Positions 44,011 to 53,903 of a DNA stretch of 64,000 nucleotides are shown in pieces. This DNA comes from Vulcanimicrobiota bacterium (lineage in GTDB: Bacteria > Vulcanimicrobiota > Vulcanimicrobiia > Vulcanimicrobiales > Vulcanimicrobiaceae). The position numbers and the translations under genes were made by a program. Location of the stretch: contig CAWCIZ010000005.1 of the NCBI GenBank assembly GCA_963795855.1, forward strand, positions 1 through 64,000, read 5' to 3'. Each line of letters starts with the position of its first letter. Within the stretch, counting starts at the first letter, position 1. The notes under the pieces were generated by a model. The model saw nothing but the letters and a program-made list of their open reading frames with translations. It ran no database searches and was not told the DNA's origin.

Positions 44011-44712
44011 CAATCGCGTTCTTATTGCGCTCGTTCTCGCAGGTGCGCTCGTGACGGTTTCGGCAAGCGCCGCACCGGCGCCGCGCTATGACGTCGCGCC
44101 GCCCGGACACGTCGTTCAAGATACCGTTGCTTATCTCACCGGCGAGGGGATGCAGTCCGCGTGGCACGTGGTCGCGAGCCGCCAACTCGTCGGCAGGCAG
44201 ATGGGCCAGACGCCGGTCTATCAATGGTATCTGTCGTTTTACGCGCCGAATGCAACCGGCCTGAAACTCGCATACCGGTTGCCGAACGCGCAGGGCGAGC
44301 TCCTTTCCCGGGTGATGAAAGCGCCGGGCGAGCAGATGTATTTTCCGCAGCAGGATCTGCGCATCGTCGGAACCGGCGAATTCGAAAAAACCGGCGTTCA
44401 AGACGTCGTCGTTTGGGATCATCAAACCGGCGCGGATTGCGGTACGGCGGACGTCACGGTTTTCGGCGCCGGCGCAACCGGCCGAGTCGAGCAGCGCGTC
44501 CACGTCGAGAACGGCTGCAGCTGGACGCGACGATCGTCAAACACGGGCCGCTATCCGGGGTGCGTTTGACGGGACCGTATTATGGTCGGAACGCGCCGCT
44601 CTGCTGTCCGACCAAACCCCGCGCGAGCGCGATGCTCACTTATCGCGGCGGCACGTGGAAGGTTTCACCGGCGTATTACGTGATCAGTTCGTCGCTCGCC
44701 GCTCATCGCTGA
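43997..44712 (+). CDS. Secreted hypothetical protein (frameshift ~44520)
   Basis: Signal peptide; C-terminal APLCCPT motif in the second frame. Confidence 0.6.
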
Positions 44713-45574
44713 CGCGCGAGAGCGCGATCCACACGCCGGCAATCACCAAAGCGGCGCCGAGAAACTCGCGCGGGCCGAAGTGCTCGCCGCCGAATGCCAC
44801 GCCCACGGCGACTGCTATCACGGGAATGATGAGCGACGACATGCCGACGATCCACGCCGCGATGCGCTGAAGCAGCCAAAGATTCAGAAAGAACGCAGCG
44901 CCGCTCCCGGCTATCGCCAAATACAGGAGCGCGCCCCAAGAGGGCAGCGAAAACGCGCGGTGCAGATCGGCACGCTCCGTGCTGAAGCCCGCGACGGCGA
45001 CTGCGATTCCCGCGATCAGCATCGCAGGCGGAAGCGTCACGAGTGGATCGTTGTCAGCATGCCGCTTCGCGTAGACGTTCGCGAAGGCGGACGAGAACGC
45101 CGCACCGATCGCAGCCAGCGCGTACCACACGGAACCGTGCACGTTCGCTTCAAGTGAAATCAGCGCTACTCCGCCGAACGCCAGCAGCGCGCCAAGCCAC
45201 GTGAGCGGCGTGGTGCGTTCGCCGATCAGATAGTGCCCCATGCCGAACATGAAAAACGGCAGGACGCCGAACAGCACGGCGGTCAGTCCCGAACTGACGT
45301 GCGTTTCAGCGGTGTACGTCAAAATATAATTCAAACCGAACAAGAAGGCTCCGAGCACCGCAACGAGCTTCCACGGCACGTCGCGCAGCGGCACGATCTT
45401 GCCGGCGACGATCGCGACGGCGTACATCGCACAGCCGGCGATGATGAAGCGGAGGCCGGCGCCGCTGACCGGCGGGAGGTATTGAAGGCTGATTTTTATG
45501 CCGAGCCAGGTCGTGCCCCAAATCGAACACATGAGCGCGTACGCGGCAAGGATGCTCAGCCGGTTCGTTCCCAT
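44684..45574 (-). CDS. EamA/DMT family transporter
   Basis: IWGTTWLGIK, about ten TM segments. Confidence 0.9.
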   Translation of the reverse strand: MGTNRLSILAAYALMCSIWGTTWLGIKISLQYLPPVSGAGLRFIIAGCAMYAVAIVAGKIVPLRDVPWKLVAVLGAFLFGLNYILTYTAETHVSSGLTAVLFGVLPFFMFGMGHYLIGERTTPLTWLGALLAFGGVALISLEANVHGSVWYALAAIGAAFSSAFANVYAKRHADNDPLVTLPPAMLIAGIAVAVAGFSTERADLHRAFSLPSWGALLYLAIAGSGAAFFLNLWLLQRIAAWIVGMSSLIIPVIAVAVGVAFGGEHFGPREFLGAALVIAGVWIALSRVSDERRATN

Positions 45575-46128
45575 TCCTTCACCCGGTCGATCAGCTGCGT
45601 GCTGGTGGGCATATGGCTCATACCGCGCGGATACGCAGTCGGGTGCTCGCGTTGGTAACGTTCCGAAAGCGCAGCCATGTACTCGAAATTCTCCCACAGC
45701 GCCGGCTGACCGATTTTTTCGCGCGCGTACGATGTGATCGGCAGCAGCGCTTCCCAGTTCCGCAACACGACGAACGACCAGAAGTCGCAGGCAATGCGTT
45801 TATCGATGATCCCCGTTTTGACGAACAGCCCCATGCTTTCGAAAAAATTGGCAACCGTTGCGATGGCTTCGTATTCGCCGCTGAACGGAATCTGCGCCGC
45901 TTTCCGGCACTCGGCCGGATCGGTCAAACGATTCGGCAGTTCGTAGGAGACGAAACGCTGCGCCGCGCGAAACTCCGCAGACTCGAGCGTTTCGCGGCAT
46001 TCAGTGAGCGCGACGATTTGGTTGCTGCCCCGCATGTGGCGAAGTTGAACGAGCGCCGCCATGGCGGACGCCGCGATAACGACGAACGTCCCGGCCGTTG
46101 CAATTGCCGTAACCCACTCGGCGTTCAT
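45556..46128 (-). CDS. Membrane-anchored protein, DUF4760-like
   Basis: N-terminal TM; ANFFESMG, WENFEY. Confidence 0.7.
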   Translation of the reverse strand: MNAEWVTAIATAGTFVVIAASAMAALVQLRHMRGSNQIVALTECRETLESAEFRAAQRFVSYELPNRLTDPAECRKAAQIPFSGEYEAIATVANFFESMGLFVKTGIIDKRIACDFWSFVVLRNWEALLPITSYAREKIGQPALWENFEYMAALSERYQREHPTAYPRGMSHMPTSTQLIDRVKEWERTG

Positions 46129-46661
46129 CGGGCCGGCTCGTCGAGCGGCATGCGCGCCATGCCCGCAGGATACGACGTCGGGTAACGGTTCATGAACTGC
46201 TGCGAAACGACCGCAAGGTATTCGAAGTTCTCCCAAACGCCGGGATCGAGCTTTCTGCGAATTCGCATGATCGGGAGCATAGCGTCCCAGGAGGAAACGA
46301 CGACGCCGCACCAGAGATCGCAGGCGATGCGGCGATCGATGATGTTGAATCGGACGAACGCGCCCATCGACTCGAAGAAGTTCGCCACGTTGCCCGCCGG
46401 CCGCAATTCCTGTGGAAAAAACGTCAGTTCCAGTTTGCGAACCATTTCGGGATCCTTCAGGAGTTCGGGGACTTTGAGCGTCAAAAATTCGCGCGCGTCT
46501 TGGAACTCGTCGGATTCAAGCATTTCACGGCACTCGGTGAGTGCCACGATTTGATTGCTGCCGCGCGTATGCCGCAGTTGCAGCAGCGCGGCGATTGCGG
46601 ATGCCGCGATGACGACGAACGTTCCTGCCGTTGCGACTGCCGTGACCCACTCCGCGCCCAT
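46125..46661 (-). CDS. Membrane-anchored protein, DUF4760-like (paralog)
   Basis: Near-identical N-terminus and same motifs as its neighbour; GGAGG RBS. Confidence 0.7.
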   Translation of the reverse strand: MGAEWVTAVATAGTFVVIAASAIAALLQLRHTRGSNQIVALTECREMLESDEFQDAREFLTLKVPELLKDPEMVRKLELTFFPQELRPAGNVANFFESMGAFVRFNIIDRRIACDLWCGVVVSSWDAMLPIMRIRRKLDPGVWENFEYLAVVSQQFMNRYPTSYPAGMARMPLDEPAR

Positions 46662-46670
46662 GCGTCCTCC

Positions 46671-48254
46671 TTACATGCGGAAAACTCCGTACTCCGTGGG
46701 CGCGATCGGCGCGTGCGCCGCGGCGTCGAGTCCCATCGCGATGACCTTGCGCGTATCCAAAGGATCGATGATGCCGTCGTCCCACAGACGCGCCGTTGAG
46801 TAGTACGGGCTGCCCTCGCGTTCGTATTTTTCGAGGATGGGGCGCTCGAACTCTGCCTTTTGTTCGGGCGTCATCTCGCCTTTCACCGTCGAGAGTACGC
46901 TGGCCGCCTGCGCTCCGCCCATGACCGAAATGCGTGCGTTCGGCCACATCCACAGCTGCCTGGGCGAATAAGCGCGCCCGCACATTCCGTAGTTTCCGGC
47001 TCCGAAACTGCCGCCGATCACGACCGTGAACTTGGGGACTTCCGCGCAAGCGACCGCCGTGACGAGCTTGGCGCCGTCCTTGGCGATGCCGCCGTTTTCG
47101 TATTGTTTGCCGACCATGAAACCGGTGATGTTTTGCAGGAAGAGCAGCGGCGTGCCGCGCTGCACGCACAGCTCGATGAAATGCGCGCCCTTTAGTGCGC
47201 TTTCGCTGAAGAGAATGCCGTTGTTCGCCAAAATGCCGATGGGATGCCCTTCGATGCGCGCGAATCCGGTCACGAGCGTCGTTCCGTAGCGTGCTTTGAA
47301 TTCGTGAAATTCGGAGGCGTCCACCAAACGGGCGATGACCTCGCGCACGTCGTAGCCGATGCGGCTGTCGGCCGGGATGACGCCGTAGAGTTCGCGCGGA
47401 TCGTATTTCGGCGCGAGCGGCTCACATGTGTCCCACTGCAGGGGAGGCTCGCGGTGCAGATTGCGCACGATCTCGCGCACGATGCCGAGCGCGTGTTCGT
47501 CGTCGTTTGCGAAGTGATCGGCGACGCCGGAAATTCGGGTGTGCACGTCGGCTCCGCCGAGCTCCTCGGCCGTAACTTCTTCGCCGGTCGCCGCTTTCAC
47601 GAGCGGCGGACCACCCAAAAAAATCGTGCCGTTTCCCTTGACGATCACCGTTTCGTCCGACATGGCGGGGACGTACGCGCCGCCCGCGGTGCACGAACCC
47701 ATGACCGAAGCGATCTGCGGAATCTTTTTGCCCGACATGCGCGCCTGATTGAAGAAGATGCGTCCGAAATGTTCGCGATCGGGAAACACGTCGGCCTGAA
47801 GCGGCAAAAAGGCGCCGCCGGAATCGACCAGATAGATGCAAGGCAGATGATTTTGCTCGGCGATTTCTTGCGCGCGCAAATGTTTCTTCACGGTCATCGG
47901 GTAGTACGTGCCGCCTTTGACCGTGGCATCGTTGGCGACGATGACGCAGTGCTGCCCTTCGACGATGCCGATGCCGGTTACCATGCCTGCCGCCGGCGCG
48001 TCGCCTTTGTACATGTCGTGCGCGGCGAGCGCCGAAATCTCCAGAAAATCCGAACCCGGATCGACGAGCCGATCTACGCGCTCCCGCGCGGTGAGCTTGC
48101 CGCGCTTGCGGTGCCGGGCAACCGCGTCCGGGCCGCCGCCGGCCCGAGTCTTGGTGAGGTGCTCGCGCAACTCGCCTACCAGTGCCGACATGCGTTCGAA
48201 ATTTTGCGCATAGGCGTCGCTGCGCCGTTCGAGGCGCGTCTGCAGTACACTCAC
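46671..48254 (-). CDS. liuB: Methylcrotonyl-CoA carboxylase beta (carboxyltransferase)
   Basis: [30 protein letters not shown]. Confidence 0.95.
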   Translation of the reverse strand: MSVLQTRLERRSDAYAQNFERMSALVGELREHLTKTRAGGGPDAVARHRKRGKLTARERVDRLVDPGSDFLEISALAAHDMYKGDAPAAGMVTGIGIVEGQHCVIVANDATVKGGTYYPMTVKKHLRAQEIAEQNHLPCIYLVDSGGAFLPLQADVFPDREHFGRIFFNQARMSGKKIPQIASVMGSCTAGGAYVPAMSDETVIVKGNGTIFLGGPPLVKAATGEEVTAEELGGADVHTRISGVADHFANDDEHALGIVREIVRNLHREPPLQWDTCEPLAPKYDPRELYGVIPADSRIGYDVREVIARLVDASEFHEFKARYGTTLVTGFARIEGHPIGILANNGILFSESALKGAHFIELCVQRGTPLLFLQNITGFMVGKQYENGGIAKDGAKLVTAVACAEVPKFTVVIGGSFGAGNYGMCGRAYSPRQLWMWPNARISVMGGAQAASVLSTVKGEMTPEQKAEFERPILEKYEREGSPYYSTARLWDDGIIDPLDTRKVIAMGLDAAAHAPIAPTEYGVFRM

Positions 48255-48320
48255 ACAGCGCGCGTTTCTTCCAATGCGTGTTTAACCCCGTCTGGAGAGC
48301 GGCTTTGGTAGACTGGTTGC

Positions 48321-49796
48321 ATGGCAACCGATGTTGCGGGTATCGCTCGGCCCGCGGGTGCTCTCGACGTCCCGGCCGCGCTCGAGCCGTATTCGGGTCC
48401 CTGGAACGCGCGTCTGGCGGCGCATCTGCTGCGGCGAGCGGGATTCGGCGGAACTTCCCAAGAGGTGGCGCGCCTCGCATCCATGCCGATGCACGCCGCG
48501 GTCGACTCGTTGGTGAATTTCGCTCCGACGAGTGCGCTGCCCGCGCCGCCGGATCTCTACGATCCGCGCGAGGCCCTGCGCGGAAACGCGATGCGGACGC
48601 TCGGCGCGCTGATGGGCGACTCTACGCAACGCCGCGAACTCGCGAAAGAGATCCGCAAGAACGAACGGCAATCGGTTATTGCACTGCAGCGCTGGTGGCT
48701 GAACCGTATGCTCGCCACGCCCGCGCCGCTGCAGGAAAAGATGGCGCTGTACTTTCACGGGCATTTCACAACCGCCACGATTCAGAAGGGCGTCACGCCG
48801 CAGATGACGTTCGACCAGAATCAGTTGTTCCGCGACAACGCGCTCGGAAATCTGCGCGAGCTCACCTGGAGCGTCTCGACCAATCCGGCGATGATGATCT
48901 ACCTGGACAACGCGCGCAGCGACGCGCAGCACCCGAACGAGAACTACGCGCGCGAATTGATGGAACTCTTCACGCTGGGCGTCGATCATTACACGGAAAA
49001 CGACGTGCGTGAATCCGCGCGCGCGTGGACCGGGTGGATCGTTCCGCGCCGGACCGGGAAAGCGCTGTTCGTTCCGGGCCGCCACGATGCCGGCGTAAAA
49101 ACGTTCCTCGGCAAAACCGGAAATTTCACGGGCCGCGACATCGTCGATATCATTTATCAGCAGCCGGCGTGCACGTTGTTCTGGGCAAACAACCTGCTGA
49201 ACTTCTTCGTCTACAACAACCCCGAACCCCAACTCGCGAATGCGGTTGCCGCGCTGATTCGCAAGAACGATTACAATCTTCGCCCCGTGATGTCGACGCT
49301 GCTCCGAAGCAACGTCTTTTATTCCGGACGCGCGTATCGCGCTCTCGTCAAGAGCCCGGTCGAGTTCGTCATCGGAACGTACAAGGCGTTCGATGTAGCG
49401 GAACTCGACGAAAGCGCGCAGCGTGCCCTGGTTCAAATGGGACAGATTCTCTTTTATCCGCCGAACGTTGCCGGCTGGCCGGGCGGTGCGAACTGGCTGA
49501 CCAGTCAAACGGTAATCGCGCGCGAAAATTTCGTCGCCGGGCTGATGAACTCACCCATGATGAACGGCGAGCAGTGGCTGCAGCAGATTCCACTCAAGGC
49601 GAGCGCCGCCGCGTCGCAGCTCGTAAGCACCGTTCTCTACGGGGACGCATCGCCAAGCGCGGTCGCGCAGCTCGCCGAGTATCTGAACGGCAGCGGCACG
49701 TCGGCGCTCGGGATGCTTTCCGGCGAAAACTATCAAGAACGGGTGCGGGGCGCGGCCTATCTCACCATGGCGATGCCCGCGTACCAGTTGAACTAA
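48321..49796 (+). CDS. DUF1800 family protein
   Basis: AAHLLRRAGFG, PNENYARELMELFTLG, PPNVAGW. Confidence 0.9.
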   Translation: MATDVAGIARPAGALDVPAALEPYSGPWNARLAAHLLRRAGFGGTSQEVARLASMPMHAAVDSLVNFAPTSALPAPPDLYDPREALRGNAMRTLGALMGDSTQRRELAKEIRKNERQSVIALQRWWLNRMLATPAPLQEKMALYFHGHFTTATIQKGVTPQMTFDQNQLFRDNALGNLRELTWSVSTNPAMMIYLDNARSDAQHPNENYARELMELFTLGVDHYTENDVRESARAWTGWIVPRRTGKALFVPGRHDAGVKTFLGKTGNFTGRDIVDIIYQQPACTLFWANNLLNFFVYNNPEPQLANAVAALIRKNDYNLRPVMSTLLRSNVFYSGRAYRALVKSPVEFVIGTYKAFDVAELDESAQRALVQMGQILFYPPNVAGWPGGANWLTSQTVIARENFVAGLMNSPMMNGEQWLQQIPLKASAAASQLVSTVLYGDASPSAVAQLAEYLNGSGTSALGMLSGENYQERVRGAAYLTMAMPAYQLN

Positions 49797-49808
49797 GTGG
49801 GAGGCTTT

Positions 49809-49938
49809 ATGTTGCGACCGGAGCGGCTTTCAAACAAACTTCTGTCGGCAGTATGTGTATGCGCGCCGTCATTTGGGGGCCCCATGCTTTGCATGGGGGG
49901 CGCGCAGGTTAGACCGGAGCGCCTTTCAATATGAAACG
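49809..49938 (+). repeat. Structured start-codon-associated repeat, copy A (contains 41-aa uORF 49809-49934)
   Basis: Homologous to 56368-56470 (minus); TGCGCGCC/GGCGCGCA stem with inner hairpin. Confidence 0.85.
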
Positions 49939-51151
49939 AAGCCAATTTCTCACCGGCGCCCTCAGCGGACTCGCCGTGATCGCGAATACCAACCACGTTT
50001 TCGCGCAAGCACTTAGCCAAACGCCGTTGCCGGGATTGCCCGGCGCGCAGAACCGTTGCTTGCTCATAGTGAATCTGCAAGGCGGAAACGACGGACTGAA
50101 TTGTGTCGTGCCGCACGGCGACGCGCGCTACTACCAGATGCGGCCGTCGATTGCGGTCCCGAGCAGCGACGTACTCGCGATCGACGCGCAGACGGGTTTC
50201 AATCCCCAGATGCGTTCGCTCAAGAGCCTTTACGATCGCGGTCTGGTCGCGGTCGTTCAAAGCGTCGGGTACCCGAATCCCGATCACTCGCATTTTCGTT
50301 CGACGGAGATCTGGCAGACCGCCGTTCCGGACAAATACGAACACACGGGTTGGCTGGGACGGTATTTGGACGAAGCGAATTTGCCGAAAGAGAACCTTTT
50401 CAACGGCGTCGCGCTCGCCCAAGTGCTGCCGGAAGTGCTCGTGGCGGGTCACGTCGACGTGCCCGCAATCGCGCAGATACGCGGGTACGGATTGCTGGGC
50501 GATCGCAATCGCGACGAGCGCGCCGCGTACGGCCGTGTCGTCAACGACACGCGTCTGCCGTTCACCTCACCGTATTTGGCGCACGTGATGGAGATCGAAG
50601 ATCACGCGCAAAAAGGTTCGGAGGAGCTGCCCAAACTGATCGCGGGATACAAGCCGGCGGGAAGCTATCCGGCGACGCCGCTGGGGCGCAGTCTCTCGCT
50701 CGCGGCACAGATCGTCGGGAGCAAAACGGCCACGCGCGTCATCTACGTTCAGCACGGATCCTTCGACACGCACGTAAGCCAAAAGGGCACGCAGGACCTT
50801 TTGCTCGGCGAGTTCTCGGACGCGATTAAGGCGTTTTACGACGATCTCGCCGCGCACGGCAACGATAAACGCGTGCTGACGATGACGTTTTCGGAATTCG
50901 GGCGGCGCATCCAAGAAAATGCCAGCCGTGGAACCGACCATGGCGAAGGTTCGCCGCTGTTCCTCATCGGCGGCGGCGTGAAGGGCGGCTTGTACGGAAC
51001 CTCCGCCGACCTATCGGACACGAACATGGGCAACGTGCGCTTTCAGACCGACTTCCGCAGCGTGTACGCGACAGTACTCGAACGATGGCTCGGCCAGCCT
51101 TCACGTACGGTCCTCCGCGGCGCGTTCCCTCAAATCGCCGTGTTGGCCTGA
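49931..51151 (+). CDS. DUF1501 family protein (Tat-like signal)
   Basis: LQGGNDGLN, DHSHF, FDTH, FSEFGRR..EN..GTDHG. Confidence 0.9.
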   Translation: MKRSQFLTGALSGLAVIANTNHVFAQALSQTPLPGLPGAQNRCLLIVNLQGGNDGLNCVVPHGDARYYQMRPSIAVPSSDVLAIDAQTGFNPQMRSLKSLYDRGLVAVVQSVGYPNPDHSHFRSTEIWQTAVPDKYEHTGWLGRYLDEANLPKENLFNGVALAQVLPEVLVAGHVDVPAIAQIRGYGLLGDRNRDERAAYGRVVNDTRLPFTSPYLAHVMEIEDHAQKGSEELPKLIAGYKPAGSYPATPLGRSLSLAAQIVGSKTATRVIYVQHGSFDTHVSQKGTQDLLLGEFSDAIKAFYDDLAAHGNDKRVLTMTFSEFGRRIQENASRGTDHGEGSPLFLIGGGVKGGLYGTSADLSDTNMGNVRFQTDFRSVYATVLERWLGQPSRTVLRGAFPQIAVLA

Positions 51152-51274
51152 TCGCGCGCAGGGCGGCCCTACCGATGTGACAAATGTCCGAGGCCAGCGC
51201 ATGGGCATGTTCCTGACATAGGCCTCATGGACTACGCGCGACGGGATGTGGTGACGTATGGGAGTGGCGCGAGC

Positions 51275-51676
51275 ATGAAGCTCCTGGAGCCCGAGGGGTC
51301 GTTCGACGCTCCAAGCACAGAGGCGGGTCTTCCGCCGCGGGGCACGCCGAAGAATTATCTGATGGCTTGGCTGCTGGTTATGCTGAAGGAGCACAACCTG
51401 CACGGCTACGAGATCATGAAGGAACTCAGGCTGCAGTTCGGCGTGATGTCGGAGCCCGGCAGCGTATACCGAGCGTTGCGCCAGCTGGAGCGCGACGGCT
51501 ACATTTCATCTTGGTGGGATCCGAAAGAACAGGGTCCGGCGCGCCGCGTTTACACCTTGACCGGCGAAGGAGGCCGCGCGCTCGTGTTGTGGAGCGTCGC
51601 GCTCGAGCAATACCGCTCGCATCTGGACGCGTTTTTCACGCTGTACAGCGGCCAGTGGCACGCCGTCGGGGAGTAA
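51275..51676 (+). CDS. PadR-family regulator (PhaQ-like)
   Basis: HGYEIMKEL, GSVYRALRQLERDG, GPARRVYTLT. Confidence 0.85.
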   Translation: MKLLEPEGSFDAPSTEAGLPPRGTPKNYLMAWLLVMLKEHNLHGYEIMKELRLQFGVMSEPGSVYRALRQLERDGYISSWWDPKEQGPARRVYTLTGEGGRALVLWSVALEQYRSHLDAFFTLYSGQWHAVGE

Positions 51677-51679
51677 CGC

Positions 51680-52475
51680 CGTTCGCGAAATTCTCTTTCT
51701 AGGCACCGGCGGCGCGCGGTTCGTCGTCGCGCGCCAGATTCGCGCGTCCGGCGGCATGTGGATGCGCTTCGGGTCCACGCAACTGCACGTCGACCCGGGG
51801 CCGGGTGCCCTCGTGCGCGCCCTCGCGCAAGTTCCGCCGTGCAATCCGCGCGAGCTTGACGGGATCGTCCTCTCGCACAAGCATCTGGATCATGCGAATG
51901 ACGTCAACGTCATGATTGAAGCGATGACGTCCGGCGGATTCCGGCGCCGCGGCGTGCTGCTGGCACCGCACGATGCACTCGAAGGGGAGCATGTCGTTCT
52001 GCCCTACGCGCAGCGTTTCGTCGAACGGATCGAGGTCTCGAAGGAACGCAGCGGGCCATACCGCATCGGCGAAGTCGAAATCCGCACCTCGATCAAGCAC
52101 GTGCATGCGGTGGAAACGTATGGCATGCATTTCCGGCACGGCGAGCGCACCGTTTCGTATCTGCCTTGCGGACGGTACTTCGAAGACCTCGCTGAAGACT
52201 ACGCCGCGCATGCGCCCGACGTGCTCGTCATCAACGTTCTGCGCTACCGCGACACCATGGACGTCGATCACATGACGTTCGACGAAGCAAAAACCGTGAT
52301 AAGCGCGGTTCGTCCGCGCGTTGCCGTCATGCAGCATTTCGGAACGAAGATGCTCGAACAGAATCCGCCTCGACTCGCGCGCGAACTCGAAGACGAGCTG
52401 GGGCTGAGAGTGATTGCGGCGTACGACAATATGCGTCTGGACGTCGATACGGAAATAGGCGCTCTTGCCGGTTGA
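51680..52475 (+). CDS. Metallo-beta-lactamase-fold hydrolase (start uncertain)
   Basis: FLGTGGARF, DPGPGAL, SHKHLDH. Confidence 0.85.
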
Positions 52476-52890
52476 GATCGTGCGCGTTCAGTCCGACGCC
52501 GTGCTCGAATTCGTGCGGCGGACCGAGCGTGAAGCGCTGAAAACGTTTTACGATTTCAGCGTCATCTGGCACGAGCAGACGCATCACCTCGCCGCCATGG
52601 ACGATGGTACGATTGTGGGCGTTTCGGAAATTCGAATTGCCGCTTCGCTCGCGAACGTGCAGCGCATCGTCGTGTTGCCGGATCGGCGCCGCGCCGGCAT
52701 TGGGCGCGCGCTGCTCGAAGGCGCGGCCGAAGTCGCAAACTACTACAACTGCCACAAGATGACCGCGCTCGTCCCGCATCGCAGCGGTGCCCAAACGTTT
52801 TTCGAACGCTGCGATTATCGCGAAGAAGCGGTGCTGCCGCAGCACACCTTCAAACTAGATATGGCGGCGATGCGGAAGTTTCTTCTGTAA
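52465..52890 (+). CDS. GNAT acetyltransferase
   Basis: VLPDRRRAGIGRALL. Confidence 0.85.
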   Translation: MPVEIVRVQSDAVLEFVRRTEREALKTFYDFSVIWHEQTHHLAAMDDGTIVGVSEIRIAASLANVQRIVVLPDRRRAGIGRALLEGAAEVANYYNCHKMTALVPHRSGAQTFFERCDYREEAVLPQHTFKLDMAAMRKFLL

Positions 52891-53862
52891 GGGCCGGCGG
52901 AGAATCCGGCCGACAGGCTCCCACGCGCGTTGCAGCTTTCCGCGCGCTCGCAGTGCGCCGTCGTAGAGATAGACGCTGCCGCGTGCGGAATTCGCCGTAA
53001 CCAGCGGTCCGCCGCCTCCCACCACCGCCTGCGCGTCGGTCTGAGAACCGGCCAGCGACGCACCGCTGGAAAAGCCTGCGAAGACGTGCCCCATCGCGCT
53101 GTGCGCGTCGATGCTCGCGCCTCCGCCCGCGACGCCGATCGCGACGTTACCGTTCTCGGATTCGAACCGCGCGATTCCCGGCACGAACGTTCCGTTGTCG
53201 TAAGCGATGCTGCCGTTGATGCTGCTTGCCTCGATCTCGCGCACGTTGCAGTTTTCGAACACGATATTTCCGGCGCCGGTACGCGCGCGGATACTGTTGA
53301 ACGCGGAGTTCGCAACGAAAATTTTACCGCGCGCGACCTCCGCATACGCATCGCCGCTGACATTCCGTAAGACGAGAGCGCCGGCGTGCACCAGCGCCAC
53401 CAGCGTTCCGCTGCGGTAGCCGTTCATGGCGATGCTGCCTCGGCCCACAACGACCCAAACGAGCGCCGTCGAACTCGGAATCGTCAACGTAACGTCCGCG
53501 CCTTGATCGCCGCCGAATATTACGACGCCGTCATGCGGCGTCGCGGCAATGGCTCCGAGCGGAAAACTTTCCGGCGGCAGAACCGCGGGCCCGTTCGGCG
53601 TTTGTATCGGCGTGGAAAAAATCGTGACTTCGGGCGGAAGCGCGTTTGCGACCACATCGGGATCGACGCGGCGTGCGTGAATCTGCCTGGTCGATGCAAT
53701 CTGGACCTGCGGCCGGTTCCACGTGTGAATAGTTACGGAACCCGAACGCATCTGCATGCGGATCACCGGCGACCCCGAAACGGAAATAACCTGCTGGGCG
53801 CGCGCGTACGCGGGCCAGCTCGCCAGCGCCGCCAGAAGCAGAACGGAAAGGAAACGGGTCAC
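52855..53862 (-). CDS. Secreted DUF4097/adhesin-like beta-repeat protein
   Basis: Signal peptide; repeated S.NG.I/V beta-strand units. Confidence 0.7.
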   Translation of the reverse strand: MTRFLSVLLLAALASWPAYARAQQVISVSGSPVIRMQMRSGSVTIHTWNRPQVQIASTRQIHARRVDPDVVANALPPEVTIFSTPIQTPNGPAVLPPESFPLGAIAATPHDGVVIFGGDQGADVTLTIPSSTALVWVVVGRGSIAMNGYRSGTLVALVHAGALVLRNVSGDAYAEVARGKIFVANSAFNSIRARTGAGNIVFENCNVREIEASSINGSIAYDNGTFVPGIARFESENGNVAIGVAGGGASIDAHSAMGHVFAGFSSGASLAGSQTDAQAVVGGGGPLVTANSARGSVYLYDGALRARGKLQRAWEPVGRILRRPLQKKLPHRRHI

Positions 53863-53903
53863 ACGACCATTGTACGAAGCGCCCTTGCTGCGAGGATGAA
53901 AAT

